A DNA stretch of 64,000 bases from an uncultured Planctomycetota bacterium (GCA_963849325.1 CAWKHF010000012.1:1408001-1472000), one strand, 5' to 3'; counted from the stretch's first letter, positions 1-10,740 are shown. Notes: generated by a model from the sequence alone, not told the origin. Made by a program: numbers and translations.

Positions 1-1083
1 CTGGACGGCGCCCTTCTTGACGTGGAGCCGCTCAAGCTGGAAGCCAATGGGAAGTGGAGCAAGGTCATGGAGAAGACGTTGGCCGACGGCGGACGGCTGA
101 CCGGCCGACTCGACTACGCCGACGCGCTGGAGGCGGACAACCGGGCCGTCGCCCTCCTGCCGCGCCGCGAGTTCCAGCCGGTCACGCTCGTCAGTCCGGC
201 GGGCGATCTGTTCGTCGAGAAAGTGCTGGAGGCCAACCCGCTCGTCAAACTCCACGTGAGCCGCAAACCACTGGAGCGAACGCCGGTCGGCGCCGTCATG
301 GTCTACCATCGTCAGGTGCCCAACGTGCTGCCGTCCGGCCCGGTCCTGGTGATCGACCCGGACAACGACTGCGATTTGTGGCATGTCGGCGACAAGCTGC
401 AAAACCCGATTGTCACCAAACAGGACCGCGATTCACCTTTGATGGCCCACGTCCGCCTCGACAATGTGCTGATGCCCGAGGCGCGCAAGCTAACCTTCAC
501 GGAGGCAGCGGGCAAGCCGCAAGTCCTCGCCGCGGCCCTGACGGGTGAACCGCTTCTGGCCGCCCTGGAGCGGCCGGAGGGCAAGGTGGTGGTGCTGACG
601 GTCAATCTCGACAAGGGCGATCTGCCGCTACGAACGGCGTTCCCCATCTTCGTGACCAACGCCCTGACCTGGTTCGCCGGCGGCCGGGGCGAACTGCACG
701 AGGCGCTGGCGGCGGGAGCGGTCACGGAAGTCGCGCTGCCGGATCGGCCGGGGGAAGAGTACCTGCTGCGCGCCCCGGACGGCCGAATTCGCCGTCTGCC
801 GCCGGGAGTCAAACGGACGACGGTGGGACCATTGGACCAGTGCGGCGTGTGGGCCGTCGTGGCCAACACACCCGAGGCACCGCCGATCCAGGAGATCGCC
901 TGCAACCTAAGCAACCGCGACGAGAGCGACCTGCGGCCGCCGGACTCTCTTCCTTCCTGGGGAGACGAACCGGCCCGCGCCATGGGCTTCACCGGCCGGC
1001 CGATCTGGTTTTATCTGTTGGCTGCGGCCTGGCTGCTGGCAGGCGTCGAATGGTATCTCTATCAGCGGCGCTGGATCAGTTGA
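1..1083 (+). CDS. C-terminal part of a BatA/vWA-operon membrane protein (starts upstream of the window)
   Basis: Frame is open from the window edge. It has a 'DLPLRTAFPIFVTN' motif, an 'NLSNRDESDLRP' motif and a C-terminal TM helix ending 'EWYLYQRR', typical of BatA-like proteins. A vWA gene follows. Confidence 0.7.
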   Translation: MDGALLDVEPLKLEANGKWSKVMEKTLADGGRLTGRLDYADALEADNRAVALLPRREFQPVTLVSPAGDLFVEKVLEANPLVKLHVSRKPLERTPVGAVMVYHRQVPNVLPSGPVLVIDPDNDCDLWHVGDKLQNPIVTKQDRDSPLMAHVRLDNVLMPEARKLTFTEAAGKPQVLAAALTGEPLLAALERPEGKVVVLTVNLDKGDLPLRTAFPIFVTNALTWFAGGRGELHEALAAGAVTEVALPDRPGEEYLLRAPDGRIRRLPPGVKRTTVGPLDQCGVWAVVANTPEAPPIQEIACNLSNRDESDLRPPDSLPSWGDEPARAMGFTGRPIWFYLLAAAWLLAGVEWYLYQRRWIS

Positions 1084-1130
1084 TCGTCGAGGACGCGGAT
1101 ACGCCCGACACTGGTTGGAGACCGTGATCC

Positions 1131-3701
1131 ATGCCTTCGTGGTTCCCCTTCGAGCTGACGCATCCGTGGTTCCTGCTCGGCCTCTTGGTTGTGCCGGTCC
1201 TTGTGTGGTATTTCTACCGCAGCCTGGTCGATTTCAGCCGTTGGCAGCGGCTGCTGTCGCTGGCAGGTCGATCGCTCCTCGTGGTGCTGCTGGTGCTCAG
1301 CCTGTCCGGTCTGACCTTGCAGCGGCCGACGCGGCAACAGTTCGTCGTCTTCGCCGTGGACGAAAGCCTCAGCGTGGGCGATGACGAGCAGCAGCGGGTC
1401 CAGCAGTACCTCGACCGTGCCCTTCCCGCCGCCGGCGAACATCGCGTCGCCTTTCTGTCTTTCGCGGCCGTGCCGGGCCAGGTCCACGGCGAGCGCGGCC
1501 GCCCCTCCCAACTGGACCGCCAGGGCACCGACATCGCCTCGGCCCTGGAGGTGGCCGTGGCCGCCATCCCGCCCTCCTACGTGCCGCACGTCGTCCTTCT
1601 CAGCGACGGCAACCAGACCAAGGGCGATGCCTTGAAGGCGGCCCTGCGCGGCGGCGTGCCCATCTCGACCGTGCCGCTGTCTCCGCGCTCCGAGCCGGAA
1701 GTGCAGGTCTCCGCCGTGCAGGTGCCCGCCCAGGTGCGCGAGGGCGAGCCGTTCTACGTCGAGGTGGTCATTGACTCCAACCACGACGACGAGGGCGAGA
1801 TCGAGGTCTTCCGCGGCGCCCACAAAGTTGCCGGCGAGCAGAAGAAGATCAAAAAAGGAGAAAATCGCTTCCGCTTCCGTCAGACCCTCACCGGCGAACG
1901 TCTGGCCCAGTACACCGTGCGCATCAAGGGCTTCAGCGACCGCCTGCAAGACAACAACACGGCCTCCGGATTGGTGTTCAGCTCCGGCAAGCCGCGCGTC
2001 CTGCTGGTCGAGAGCGACCCCAAGCTCGGCAAGCACCTGGCCTGGGCCTTGGAGCAGGAAGGCATTCTCGTGGACATCCGCCCGCCGCGCGGCATGCCGG
2101 ACAGCCTGGCCGACCTGCAGAATTACGAACTGCTGCTCTTGTCGAACGTGCCGGCCACTGCCCTGAGCCAGCGGCAAATGGACGTGGTGCGCACCTATGT
2201 GCAGGATCTCGGCGGCGGACTCATCATGCTGGGCGGCGATCAGTCGTTCGGCCTGGGCGGTTACTACAAGACGGTCCTCGAAGAAATCCTGCCGGTGCGC
2301 AGCGACTTCGAGAAGGAGAAGGAGAAACCGAGCCTGGCGATGGTGCTGGTCATCGACAAGTCCGGCTCGATGGGCGGCGAGAAGATCGAGCTGGCCAAGA
2401 AGGCGGCTTCGGGGGCGGTGGAACTGCTTGGACCCAAGGACAAGATCGGCGTCATCGCCTTCGAGGGCGAAACCTACTGGGTCTGCGACGTGCAGCCGGC
2501 GTCCAACAAGGCCAGCGTCATCGACAAGATCAGCAGCATCGAGGCCGGCGGCGGCACGGTGATGGCCCCGGCGATGGAGGCCGCCCACGAGGCGCTCGTC
2601 AACACGACGGCCAAGCTCAAGCACGTCATCATCCTCACCGACGGCATTTCGGCGCCCGGCGACTTCGAGGGCGTAACCACGAACATGGCCCAGGCCAAGA
2701 TCACGGTGACGACCGTCGGCGTCGGCGAGGACGCCGACAAGAAGCTGCTGGAGGAGATCGCCCGCCTCGGCAACGGCCGTTACTACTTCACCGACGACCC
2801 CGCGTCGGTGCCGCAGATTTTCGCCAAGGAGACGGTGACGGCGAGCAAGTCGGCCCTCAACGAGCAGCCGTTCACGCCGCAGCTGTTGCGGCCAACGCCG
2901 GTGCTGTCCGGCATCGACCTGGCCAACGCCCCCTTCCTGCTCGGTTACGTGACCACTCGGCCCAAGCCGACCAGTGAACTGGTACTGGCAACGGAGAAAG
3001 GCGATCCGCTTCTGGCATGGTGGCGCTACGGCCTGGGCATGACGGTGGCATTCACTTCCGACGCCAAAAGTCGCTGGGCGGCGGAGTGGCTGAGCTGGCC
3101 CGGCTACAGCAAGTTCTGGGCGCAGGTGGTCCGGCACACCATGCGCAAAAGTGAGGCCAAGGGTGTCGTTGTGCAGGTCGAGCAGAAGGAGCGCAAGACG
3201 ACGGTGACGCTCGACGCCGTCAACGCGGCGGGCCGTTATCTGAACCAGGTCGAGACGGAGCTGACGGTCATCGATCCGCAGTTGAATACGCACAAGTTGG
3301 CGATGGTCCAGACCGCTCCGGGCCGTTACCTCGCCGTCTTCGAGACGCCGCACGTCGGCGCCTATCACCTGGAGATGTCGCAGAAGCAGAAAGGCCAAAT
3401 GTTGGCGCAGCAATCGCGCGGCCTGGTGGTCGGCTACGACGACGAGTTTCGTCTGCGGCCGACCAACGAGGAACTGCTGCAATCGCTGGCGCGCGTCTCG
3501 GGAGGAACGTATCGGCCGGAGCCGGAAGCGGTGTTCGACGATCTCGGCCGCACCGCGCCGCGGACGACGCCGTTGTGGCCGTACCTGGTCGCGGTGGCCG
3601 CGAGCCTCTTCCTGGCAGACGTGGCCCTGCGGCGGATTGATTTCGCGTTGTTATTCGGGTATCGAGTTGAGGAGCTGTCGAAAAACAAGTCTCTCGTTTA
3701 G
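1131..3701 (+). CDS. Membrane-anchored double vWA-domain protein with a central glutamine-amidotransferase-like domain
   Basis: N-terminal TM helices, two MIDAS motifs (DESLS, DKSGS), LSDG/LTDG motifs, a GGGLIMLGG segment and a C-terminal TM helix. Confidence 0.85.
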   Translation: MPSWFPFELTHPWFLLGLLVVPVLVWYFYRSLVDFSRWQRLLSLAGRSLLVVLLVLSLSGLTLQRPTRQQFVVFAVDESLSVGDDEQQRVQQYLDRALPAAGEHRVAFLSFAAVPGQVHGERGRPSQLDRQGTDIASALEVAVAAIPPSYVPHVVLLSDGNQTKGDALKAALRGGVPISTVPLSPRSEPEVQVSAVQVPAQVREGEPFYVEVVIDSNHDDEGEIEVFRGAHKVAGEQKKIKKGENRFRFRQTLTGERLAQYTVRIKGFSDRLQDNNTASGLVFSSGKPRVLLVESDPKLGKHLAWALEQEGILVDIRPPRGMPDSLADLQNYELLLLSNVPATALSQRQMDVVRTYVQDLGGGLIMLGGDQSFGLGGYYKTVLEEILPVRSDFEKEKEKPSLAMVLVIDKSGSMGGEKIELAKKAASGAVELLGPKDKIGVIAFEGETYWVCDVQPASNKASVIDKISSIEAGGGTVMAPAMEAAHEALVNTTAKLKHVIILTDGISAPGDFEGVTTNMAQAKITVTTVGVGEDADKKLLEEIARLGNGRYYFTDDPASVPQIFAKETVTASKSALNEQPFTPQLLRPTPVLSGIDLANAPFLLGYVTTRPKPTSELVLATEKGDPLLAWWRYGLGMTVAFTSDAKSRWAAEWLSWPGYSKFWAQVVRHTMRKSEAKGVVVQVEQKERKTTVTLDAVNAAGRYLNQVETELTVIDPQLNTHKLAMVQTAPGRYLAVFETPHVGAYHLEMSQKQKGQMLAQQSRGLVVGYDDEFRLRPTNEELLQSLARVSGGTYRPEPEAVFDDLGRTAPRTTPLWPYLVAVAASLFLADVALRRIDFALLFGYRVEELSKNKSLV

Positions 3702-3754
3702 CCGCGACGCGCAGCGGAGCGCGTTCCGCGCTCCGCTGCGCGTCGCGGCTAAAC
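3696..3754. repeat. Palindrome family A, copy 1 (28-bp arms GTTTAGCCGCGACGCGCAGCGGAGCGCG, loop TTC)
   Basis: Perfect inverted repeat. It contains the TAG stop of the upstream gene. Confidence 0.95.
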
Positions 3755-3790
3755 GAGAAGGTATTCTCCGACAGCAGAGGAGAGACTGTC

Positions 3791-5293
3791 ATGCACGAAT
3801 CGGTATATGGCGTGTTGGCGCCGGTGTCGCGCCGGCAGCAGGTGGGATTCGCCCTGCGTTTGATGGCCTACGGACTCCTCGCCGGCTCGCTGCTCGGCCT
3901 GGTCTTCGGGGTCATCAGCTGGATCCACGGCGGTCCCTTGTCGCTGGTGCGGACGGTATCCATCGTCGTTGCGGCCGGACCCGCGATCGCGCTTGTGACC
4001 GGCGCGATCGGTTTTCTCTGGCGCCGCAGTCTCCACGATGCCGCCGTCGCCGTGGATCGGCATTATCGGCTCAAGGATCGCTCGGCGACGGCGCTGGACT
4101 TTGCGGCCCGGCCGACGCCCAGCCCACTCCAGACGTTGCAGATCGCCGACGCCTTGCATCATCTGCAACTTGTCGATCCGCGACAGGTGGCGCCGCTGAA
4201 GCAGCCGCGCTCGTTGCCTTACGCCCTTGGCCTGTGGGTCTGTGCGGCGAGCCTGGCCGTGGCCCTGATTTTCTCTCCCTTCGGCCGTCCGAACGTGGAG
4301 GCCGGCCCCGTCCCGCCTCCGCCGCAGGTCGTCGCCGAGGCCGAGCGCCTTGGGCAATCGCTGCAAGACCTGGAGGAGATCGCTCGCCAAGAGGAGATCC
4401 AGGAACTGGCCACGCTGATCGAGCAGCAGCGCAAAAAGGTTGAGGAGATGAAGCAGTCGGGCATCGACAAGCGCGAGGCGTTGGCCAAGCTGTCGGAGAT
4501 GGAGGCGGCCATCCAGGCCCAGCAGGCCCAGTACAACACGGCCCTGGTGGACGGCCAGCTTCAATCGCTCGGCTCGGCCATGTGCGCTGCCGCCGCTCTC
4601 GAAGGAGCAGGTAAGGCGTTAGAGGAAAACAAACTCGATAAAGCTGCTCAAGAGATGGAAAAACTCGACGAACCGGAACTCGAACGCAAGGAGGTCAAGG
4701 TGGTCGAGCAAAAGCTGAAGCAGGTGGCCAAGGAAATGGGCGAGGCCGGGTTGGGACAGCTCAGCGGCGCCGTGGCCGACTTCGCCGAGAGCCTCAAGGG
4801 CGGTAAGGGCAAGGGCAAAAAGGCCACCCGGACGCTGGCCCGCGAGATCAAGAATCAGGCCCGACGCAAGCGCGTCGCCGAACTACTCAATGGCGTGCTG
4901 GATAATCTCAAGGAGGCCAAGTCCAACGTCCAGAACAACAGTCTCGTCAAGGGCAAGATGCCGTACAAATCGACCACTCCCACCTCGACCTTCGGGGCGG
5001 AGACGAGCGGCAACGTGCAGGGGGAGAAGACGAACCTGCTCGGCCAGAATAAGCAGGTGGACGTGACCGGCACGCCCGGCGAAGGTCCGTCGGACGTTGA
5101 GTCCACCACGTCGCCGGAAGCACGGCAGCAGGCGCGGCGCGGCTACAAGGATGTCTATAAAAAATATCGCAAAATGTCAGATGCCGTGCTCGACAGCGAG
5201 CCGATCCCGCTCGGCCATCGCCAGACCATTCGCCGTTACTTCGAACTGATCCGTCCGCAGAACGCCGACATGACCGACAAAAAGGGGAACTAG
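3791..5293 (+). CDS. Membrane-anchored coiled-coil protein of the vWA operon
   Basis: Three TM segments, a long Glu/Gln/Lys-rich coiled coil and a C-terminal 'EPIPLGHRQTIRRYF' motif common in MoxR/vWA operon proteins. Confidence 0.75.
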   Translation: MHESVYGVLAPVSRRQQVGFALRLMAYGLLAGSLLGLVFGVISWIHGGPLSLVRTVSIVVAAGPAIALVTGAIGFLWRRSLHDAAVAVDRHYRLKDRSATALDFAARPTPSPLQTLQIADALHHLQLVDPRQVAPLKQPRSLPYALGLWVCAASLAVALIFSPFGRPNVEAGPVPPPPQVVAEAERLGQSLQDLEEIARQEEIQELATLIEQQRKKVEEMKQSGIDKREALAKLSEMEAAIQAQQAQYNTALVDGQLQSLGSAMCAAAALEGAGKALEENKLDKAAQEMEKLDEPELERKEVKVVEQKLKQVAKEMGEAGLGQLSGAVADFAESLKGGKGKGKKATRTLAREIKNQARRKRVAELLNGVLDNLKEAKSNVQNNSLVKGKMPYKSTTPTSTFGAETSGNVQGEKTNLLGQNKQVDVTGTPGEGPSDVESTTSPEARQQARRGYKDVYKKYRKMSDAVLDSEPIPLGHRQTIRRYFELIRPQNADMTDKKGN

Positions 5294-5306
5294 TGGACAG
5301 AACCCC

Positions 5307-5383
5307 TCCGAGCCTGAAGCGTAAGCGAAGAGGAACGGCAACCTCCGGTTGCCGTTCCTCTTCGCTTACGCTTCAGGCTCGGA
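5307..5383. repeat. Long palindrome (37-bp arms, loop TCC), REP-like and possibly a bidirectional terminator
   Basis: TCCGAGCCTGAAGCGTAAGCGAAGAGGAACGGCAACC followed by its reverse complement, between convergent genes. Confidence 0.9.
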
Positions 5384-5400
5384 CAAACACATTCTCCGCA

Positions 5401-6381
5401 TCACCCTTTCACTTCCAGCACCTGAACCTTGCCGTGGCCGGCCACGAAAAGGGTGTCGGCGTTGTCGCCGAGCGCGAAGTCGTGGACGTGCATCGCCGCC
5501 TTTTCCTGGCGGACGGCCTTCTTCGCCTTCAGGTCGAAGAAGATGAAGAAGCCATCGTTGGCGCCGCCGCCGCCGAGCAGCCAATCGCCCTTGGGGTGAA
5601 ACGCCAGGTGCTCGACGAGACCCTTGAACTTGTCGTCGGCGTATTCGTGCGTCCGCTCGCCCTTGTGCCAGTCGAACACCTCAATGCGGGCCTTGCCGTC
5701 CAGGTGATCGATGTTGCCGATCTTGCCGATGCCGCCGGCGGCGAGGTGCTTGCCGTCCGGCGAGAAAGCCAGCGAACGAATGCCGCCGATGGAATGTTTG
5801 CGCTGCACCGGGTCCCAGGTGTACATGCCCGGCGCTTCCAGCGCCGCCACCTGTTTGCCGGTGGCCGTCTCCCAGACGACGATGTGGCCGACCTTATCGG
5901 CGGTGGCGAGATAACGCCCATCCGGCGAGAAGGTGCAGACGAACAGCATCGACGGAAAGTGATTGGGTGTCCGTTCCGCGTGGCCGCGCAACTCGCGGAG
6001 GGGCTTGCCGCTGACCGCGTCCCACAGGCGGCACACCATGTCGTCGGCCACGCTGGCGACGGTCTTGCCGTCCGGTGAGACGACGACTTTACGGACCCAC
6101 TTTGTATGTGCTTCGACCGTGCGGATGGGTTTGCGGGCATCGATGTCCCACCACATGAGCCGGCCGTCGTAGCCGCCGGAAACGGCGGTCTTGCCGGCCA
6201 GCGCTAGGCCACTGACGTAGCTCTGGTGTTCGCCCAACGGCTTCGGCTCCGGCTTGGCCTGCGACAGATCGAGGTCGTATACCTTGAAGTCGGAGCTGCC
6301 GAACAGCAAGCGGTCGCTGCCGGGAACGCGGGCCAGCGCGAAAACAGTGCCGCGACTGGAGATGTCCTTGAGGATCTTCAT
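5401..6381 (-). CDS. WD40-repeat protein
   Basis: Repeated motifs such as 'SGGYDGRLMWWD', 'SVADDMVCRLWD' and 'FSPDG'. A GAGGT RBS precedes the ATG at 6381. Confidence 0.85.
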   Translation of the reverse strand: MKILKDISSRGTVFALARVPGSDRLLFGSSDFKVYDLDLSQAKPEPKPLGEHQSYVSGLALAGKTAVSGGYDGRLMWWDIDARKPIRTVEAHTKWVRKVVVSPDGKTVASVADDMVCRLWDAVSGKPLRELRGHAERTPNHFPSMLFVCTFSPDGRYLATADKVGHIVVWETATGKQVAALEAPGMYTWDPVQRKHSIGGIRSLAFSPDGKHLAAGGIGKIGNIDHLDGKARIEVFDWHKGERTHEYADDKFKGLVEHLAFHPKGDWLLGGGGANDGFFIFFDLKAKKAVRQEKAAMHVHDFALGDNADTLFVAGHGKVQVLEVKG

Positions 6382-6410
6382 GGAAAACCTCACCAATCGT
6401 CCATTCGTTG

Positions 6411-7724
6411 TTACGCCAGCACGGCCTTGATGGGCTTGGTGCCCGGCTCGGTCAGCGGCACCGGCCGCGAGCCGACGTAGTAGTTCTTCTGATGGTTGAT
6501 GCCCAGCGCCCGGTAGATGGTGGCGAACAACTCAGCGGCGCCGACCTCGCCCTCGGTGACGCGCTGGCCCTGCTCGTCGGTCTTGCCGTAGACGCTGCCG
6601 CCCTGGACGCCGGCGCCGGACAGCGTCGCGCTCCAGGCCGTGGCGAAATGGTCTCGGCCCAGGCTCGGGTTAATGCTCGGCGTTCGGCCGAACTCCGCCA
6701 ACGTCAGGACCAACGTGTTCTCCAGCAGGCCGCGCTCCTGCAAGTCATCCAGGAGGGCCGCCATGACGTGATCCAGCTCCGGCACCAGTTCCTGGTGCGT
6801 CTCGAAGTTCTGACCGTGGCTGTCCCACCAAGCCCGGCCAACGCGGACAAACGGCACGCCCGCCTCAATGAGTCGGCGGGCGACCAGTGCCTGCTCGCCG
6901 AACAGTGTCGGGCCGTAGCGGTCGCGCACCTTCGCCGACTCCTGCGACACGTCGAACAGTTTCTCGCTGGCCATCAGGCCATGCACGCGCTGGTACGCCT
7001 CGCCGTGGCTGCCGAGGCTGTGCGACGAGCGGCCGCGCTCGAATTGCTTGCTCAACACGTCGCGCAGCTGGGCACGCTGCCGGTGATCGACGTCGCTGAT
7101 GCCTTCGAGGCGGCGGATGTTCTCGGGGATCATGCTCGTGTACAGTTCCATCGAGGCGTAGCGCGAGCCGAGGAAGCCGGCCGAGCCGGGGGCCATATTG
7201 CGGCCCTCGGTGGCGAAGTAGAACGAGACGTAATCGGGCACCTGGCTGTCGGCGCAGCCCAGTTCGCGGGCCAGCACGGCGCCGAGGTCGGGATATTTCA
7301 GGTTCGGTTCGTCGCGCCGACCGCGCATCATGAGCTGAGCGCCGCTGCCGTGGTCGCCGATGCGCGTGTTCAGCGAGCGGATGATGCAGGTGTGCTTCAT
7401 CCGCTTGGCCATCTGCGGCATCAGCTCCGAGATGTGGATGCCGGGCACCGAGGTCGGGATGGCGCGGAACGGCCCTCCGGTCGGCGCTCCGGGCTTGGGG
7501 TCCCACGTTTCCAGTTGACTCGCACCGCCCGCCAGCCAGAGAAGAATGCAGCGCTTCTGCTGCTTCTTCAACTCGCCGGCCAGGGCTGGATGTTGCAGGA
7601 CGTTCAGCTGCGTCATGTCCGCCGCGAAGGCGGCGGCGCCGGCGGCCATCGTGCCGAGGAAGGCGCGGCGATCAACGGCGTGCAGCGGCGAGCCACAGAA
7701 ATTCGAGCGTCGGTTGAGGGCCAT
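6411..7724 (-). CDS. DUF1501 family protein
   Basis: Tat-like RRAFL, 'WLAGGASQLETWDPKP', 'WDSH', 'EFGRTP' and 'GRDH' motifs. Confidence 0.92.
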   Translation of the reverse strand: MALNRRSNFCGSPLHAVDRRAFLGTMAAGAAAFAADMTQLNVLQHPALAGELKKQQKRCILLWLAGGASQLETWDPKPGAPTGGPFRAIPTSVPGIHISELMPQMAKRMKHTCIIRSLNTRIGDHGSGAQLMMRGRRDEPNLKYPDLGAVLARELGCADSQVPDYVSFYFATEGRNMAPGSAGFLGSRYASMELYTSMIPENIRRLEGISDVDHRQRAQLRDVLSKQFERGRSSHSLGSHGEAYQRVHGLMASEKLFDVSQESAKVRDRYGPTLFGEQALVARRLIEAGVPFVRVGRAWWDSHGQNFETHQELVPELDHVMAALLDDLQERGLLENTLVLTLAEFGRTPSINPSLGRDHFATAWSATLSGAGVQGGSVYGKTDEQGQRVTEGEVGAAELFATIYRALGINHQKNYYVGSRPVPLTEPGTKPIKAVLA

Positions 7725-7767
7725 CGCGATTCCTCCGGGAGGGATGCCGCCGGCGGCGGACCCGATG

Positions 7768-9387
7768 TCAGTAGTTGAACCGAAATTCCGCGCTGGTCAA
7801 CAGCGCCCACACGATTTGTCGCTGCGCCTCGCTCAGCCGGTCGCCGCGCTGGCGGAGGTAATCGCCCAGCAGCTTGCGCTCGTCCGCGCGTGGCGGACGG
7901 CACAGGGTCGTGGACACGGCCAAGTCAATCGCCTCGTCTGGGTTTTGGAGTTGTTTCATCCGGCCGAGTAGGCGGTCGCCGCCGTCGGCCAGCAGCTCCT
8001 TCTGGATGCGATCATTGTTGCTGAACAGCAGCGCCTCGCCGACGCCGACCTGGAAATCGTCGCCGGGCTGCTCGAACAGAGGGGCGATTCCGCCGGCACT
8101 GGACTCCAGTCCTTGCAGCCGTTTGTCGAACTCCTCGGGCTTGAGCGTCGCCGGCAGGGTCCGCGGGTCGGTGACGGCCAGGCGCAGCGACGTGGCAAGC
8201 TGCGTCGGCGTCAGCGGCCGGACGCGGGCCACGGCGAACAGCGCCGGCCGAGGAGCATCGCCCTTGTCCCACCGGCTGTCGCGCGCATAGGCGCGGCTGA
8301 GCACGAGGCCGCGGATCAGACGCCGCGGGTCGTAGCCGTGTTCGATGGTGTCGCGGGCCAGCCAGTCGAGCAGCTCGGGATGGCTCGGCGGGTTCTCCGA
8401 GTGCATCTGATCGAGCGGCATGACCAGCCCGTAGCCGAACAGCCGGTGCCAGACGCGGTTAACGAGGGAGCGAGCAAAGAAATCGCGCTGGCCCGGCTCC
8501 AGCGACAGGCGGACGAGCTGAGCGCGGGCGCTGAACTTCGGCGGTGGCGGCGGCGGCGTATTCGCATCCGCACTGTTCTTGCGTTTCTTTTTCGGCTTCG
8601 GCTCGCCGCCGGGCGGTTCCTTCAAGGTATCCGTCTCGATCGCCTTGCCGGTCAGGAACATCATGCGGGCCTGACGCTCGACGCCCTTGGTCGTCTTGAA
8701 CTTGACGATGCCGAACTCGCGCTCGGCCAGGTGTCCGCCGCTCTCGTAGGTACGGCTGAGGAACGATTTCATTCCGAAGAAATGGTCCTGTTTCCAGTCG
8801 TTGACCAGGGGATGATCGTGACAGCGGGCGCAGCTCATGTTGACGCCGAAGAACAGCGAGCTGACCTCCGCCGTCATCTTGTCGAGATCGCGGACGCGCT
8901 GGCGAAGAAATTCGCCGGCCGATTTCCCCTTGGCGTCGTTCTCGTCGGGCAGCATCAGATCGCGGTAGATGCGGTCCCACGGCCGCTTCTCCGCCAGGGC
9001 GGTCAGCAGGTAGTCGCGCACGCTGCCCTTGGTCCCATTCATAAGCATGACGTCGAACGCCGTGGCCTGGTGCCGCACGAAGGCGGGCGAGTCCATCAAG
9101 CGCTCGACCAACTCGACGCGCTTGTCGGGCTTCATCGAGGCGACGAACATCCGCGTCTCGTCCACGGTGGGGATGCGGCCGGCAAGGTCGAGCGTCAGCC
9201 GGCGGATGAAGGTGGCGTCATCGGTTGGGCCGGCCGGCGCGATGCCTTCTTCCTGGAGGCGGACGTCGAGGTAATGATCGACAACTTGCTCGACGGGCTG
9301 TCCGGGCGGCAGCAGGTCGTCGGCCGCGACGGGAGACGCCATCGGAATCAGGGCGAGAAGCGGGAGAATCAGACGGAGGGTCCGCAT
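7768..9387 (-). CDS. DUF1549/DUF1553 (planctomycete cytochrome-like) protein
   Basis: Signal peptide, 'FIRRLTLDLAGRIPT', CARCHDHP, 'VNRVW', 'NPPSHPELLDWLA' and C-terminal 'EFRFNY'. Confidence 0.9.
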   Translation of the reverse strand: MRTLRLILPLLALIPMASPVAADDLLPPGQPVEQVVDHYLDVRLQEEGIAPAGPTDDATFIRRLTLDLAGRIPTVDETRMFVASMKPDKRVELVERLMDSPAFVRHQATAFDVMLMNGTKGSVRDYLLTALAEKRPWDRIYRDLMLPDENDAKGKSAGEFLRQRVRDLDKMTAEVSSLFFGVNMSCARCHDHPLVNDWKQDHFFGMKSFLSRTYESGGHLAEREFGIVKFKTTKGVERQARMMFLTGKAIETDTLKEPPGGEPKPKKKRKNSADANTPPPPPPKFSARAQLVRLSLEPGQRDFFARSLVNRVWHRLFGYGLVMPLDQMHSENPPSHPELLDWLARDTIEHGYDPRRLIRGLVLSRAYARDSRWDKGDAPRPALFAVARVRPLTPTQLATSLRLAVTDPRTLPATLKPEEFDKRLQGLESSAGGIAPLFEQPGDDFQVGVGEALLFSNNDRIQKELLADGGDRLLGRMKQLQNPDEAIDLAVSTTLCRPPRADERKLLGDYLRQRGDRLSEAQRQIVWALLTSAEFRFNY

Positions 9388-9510
9388 CACGGGTTCCTTG
9401 CTTCTGGATCGTCGGTACTCAGGCCGGTCGCGCGGACGGCCGGCGTGAATCTCTCGGGGCGGGAGGGTGGTCCCTGGTAGGCCGAGAAGGCGGGTTCCCA
9501 AACTGTCCTT

Positions 9511-9539
9511 ATTGTGCGGCGCGGGCGGCCGACTTGCAA
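9511..9539 (-). promoter_or_regulatory. Putative sigma70 promoter of the DUF1549-DUF1501-WD40 operon
   Basis: Minus-strand TTGCAA-N17-CACAAT. Confidence 0.45.
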
Positions 9540-9563
9540 GTGTCTTCTGGCCGATTGTCCGCG

Positions 9564-10094
9564 ATGAGTGCCCTGGCCGACATCGACGATGTTTGTGTCC
9601 GCCGCCGCGTCGAGGCCGACCTGTCGCCCTTGGAGCCGCTGGACAGCACGATCCGCCGACTGGAGAAAGACATCGAGGTCGCCGCCCGCCCGCATTACTC
9701 GACTGAGATGGCCGTGCTGCAATCGACGCCCGGCGTCGGCATCGTCATCGCCCTGACCATCCTCCTGGAGATCGACACCCTGGAACGCTTCGACACACGC
9801 CAGCAGTTTTGCTCCTATGCTCGGCTTTGCGGCGCACGCCAAGAGTCGGGCGGCAAGACGGTCGGCAGCGGCAACGCCAAGCAGGGCAATGCCTGGCTAA
9901 AATGGGCCTTCTCCGAGGCCGCCGTACTCAGCGCCCAGAAGAATGAGCGGATCGCCAAGTATCTCGACAAGCTGTCGGGTCGTCTGGGCAAAGCCAAAGC
10001 CTTGTCGGCCTTGGCCCACAAGCTCGGACGCGCCTTCTACCACATGCTCCACAAAAAAGAGGTATTTAATATCGACAAATTCCTGAGACACTGA
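9564..10094 (+). pseudogene. IS110-family transposase/recombinase, C-terminal half only
   Basis: 'LQSTPGVGIVIALTILLEIDTLERF...FCSYARL...ESGGK...GNAWLKWAFSEAA...ALAHKLGRAFYHML' is the IS110 C-terminal (Transposase_20) domain. No N-terminal DEDD/RuvC-like domain is present upstream. Confidence 0.88.
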
Positions 10095-10740
10095 GCCACG
10101 GGGCGGCCGGCGAGCCGAAGCCGAACGGGAGCCGCTACGGGCCAACCCGCACGACGACCCTAACCAGCAAGGGAGCATCGACTCCGCCATTGGGGTCCGG
10201 GACCGCCCAGGCATCCTGCCGCCTTGATGGGACGCCGGCCGCCGCCGTAAATTTCGACCGCGGTGGTATCAAAAATAGGCCGCGATCCGCCGGTGGGTCG
10301 GGGGACAAAACGGGATCAGCGTAACGCTGTCCCCATGAAAAAGGGCTTGGCCAGTGACCATCCCACGTCCTGCCGACCCCCGCCGGATCGCGGCCACCAC
10401 GAACAAAGGAGCCTTCGCCCGGACGATCCGCCCCAGACGCCAGCCGAACCTAACGGGACACTCCCTTCGGGGAGTGAGCCAGTCGCTTTTTGAATGGCGG
10501 CGACGCTGGGAACGCATGAGTATCGGGACCGACCAGGGCTAGTTCCCTGGCACAGCCGCCTGGTCCTTCGGGTCTGGGCCGCCGGAGTCCGCATGACGGT
10601 TGGGTGCGGTTCGCCGCACCAGCCGTTGATAAGCAAGCCGGATCGCCGAGGAGGATTGCTCGCCGCCGCAGCTACACTCGTTCGGAAATCCGGCAAGAAA
10701 ACTGCCGTGGATAGCCGTTCCCGTGGAAAATATTTTCTAT
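10095..10740 (+). ncRNA. Candidate IS110-associated structured guide (bridge/seek-type) RNA region
   Basis: No convincing ORF. Stems at 10278-10395, 10459-10476 (cUUCGg loop), 10533-10550 and 10603-10620 (UUCG loop). Duplicated motif AGCCGAA(G)CC(G/T)AACGGGA. Confidence 0.5.

Noticed and set aside
1062-3482. Long antisense ORFs (also 6408-7778, 19847-21784, 24265-26175 and others)
   Set aside because: Shadow ORFs expected opposite high-GC3 genes, with no recognisable motifs.
9225-10094. Full-length 289-aa transposase
   Set aside because: The 5' part overlaps the DUF1549 gene and its promoter and lacks the DEDD domain. Only the C-terminal half is IS110-like.
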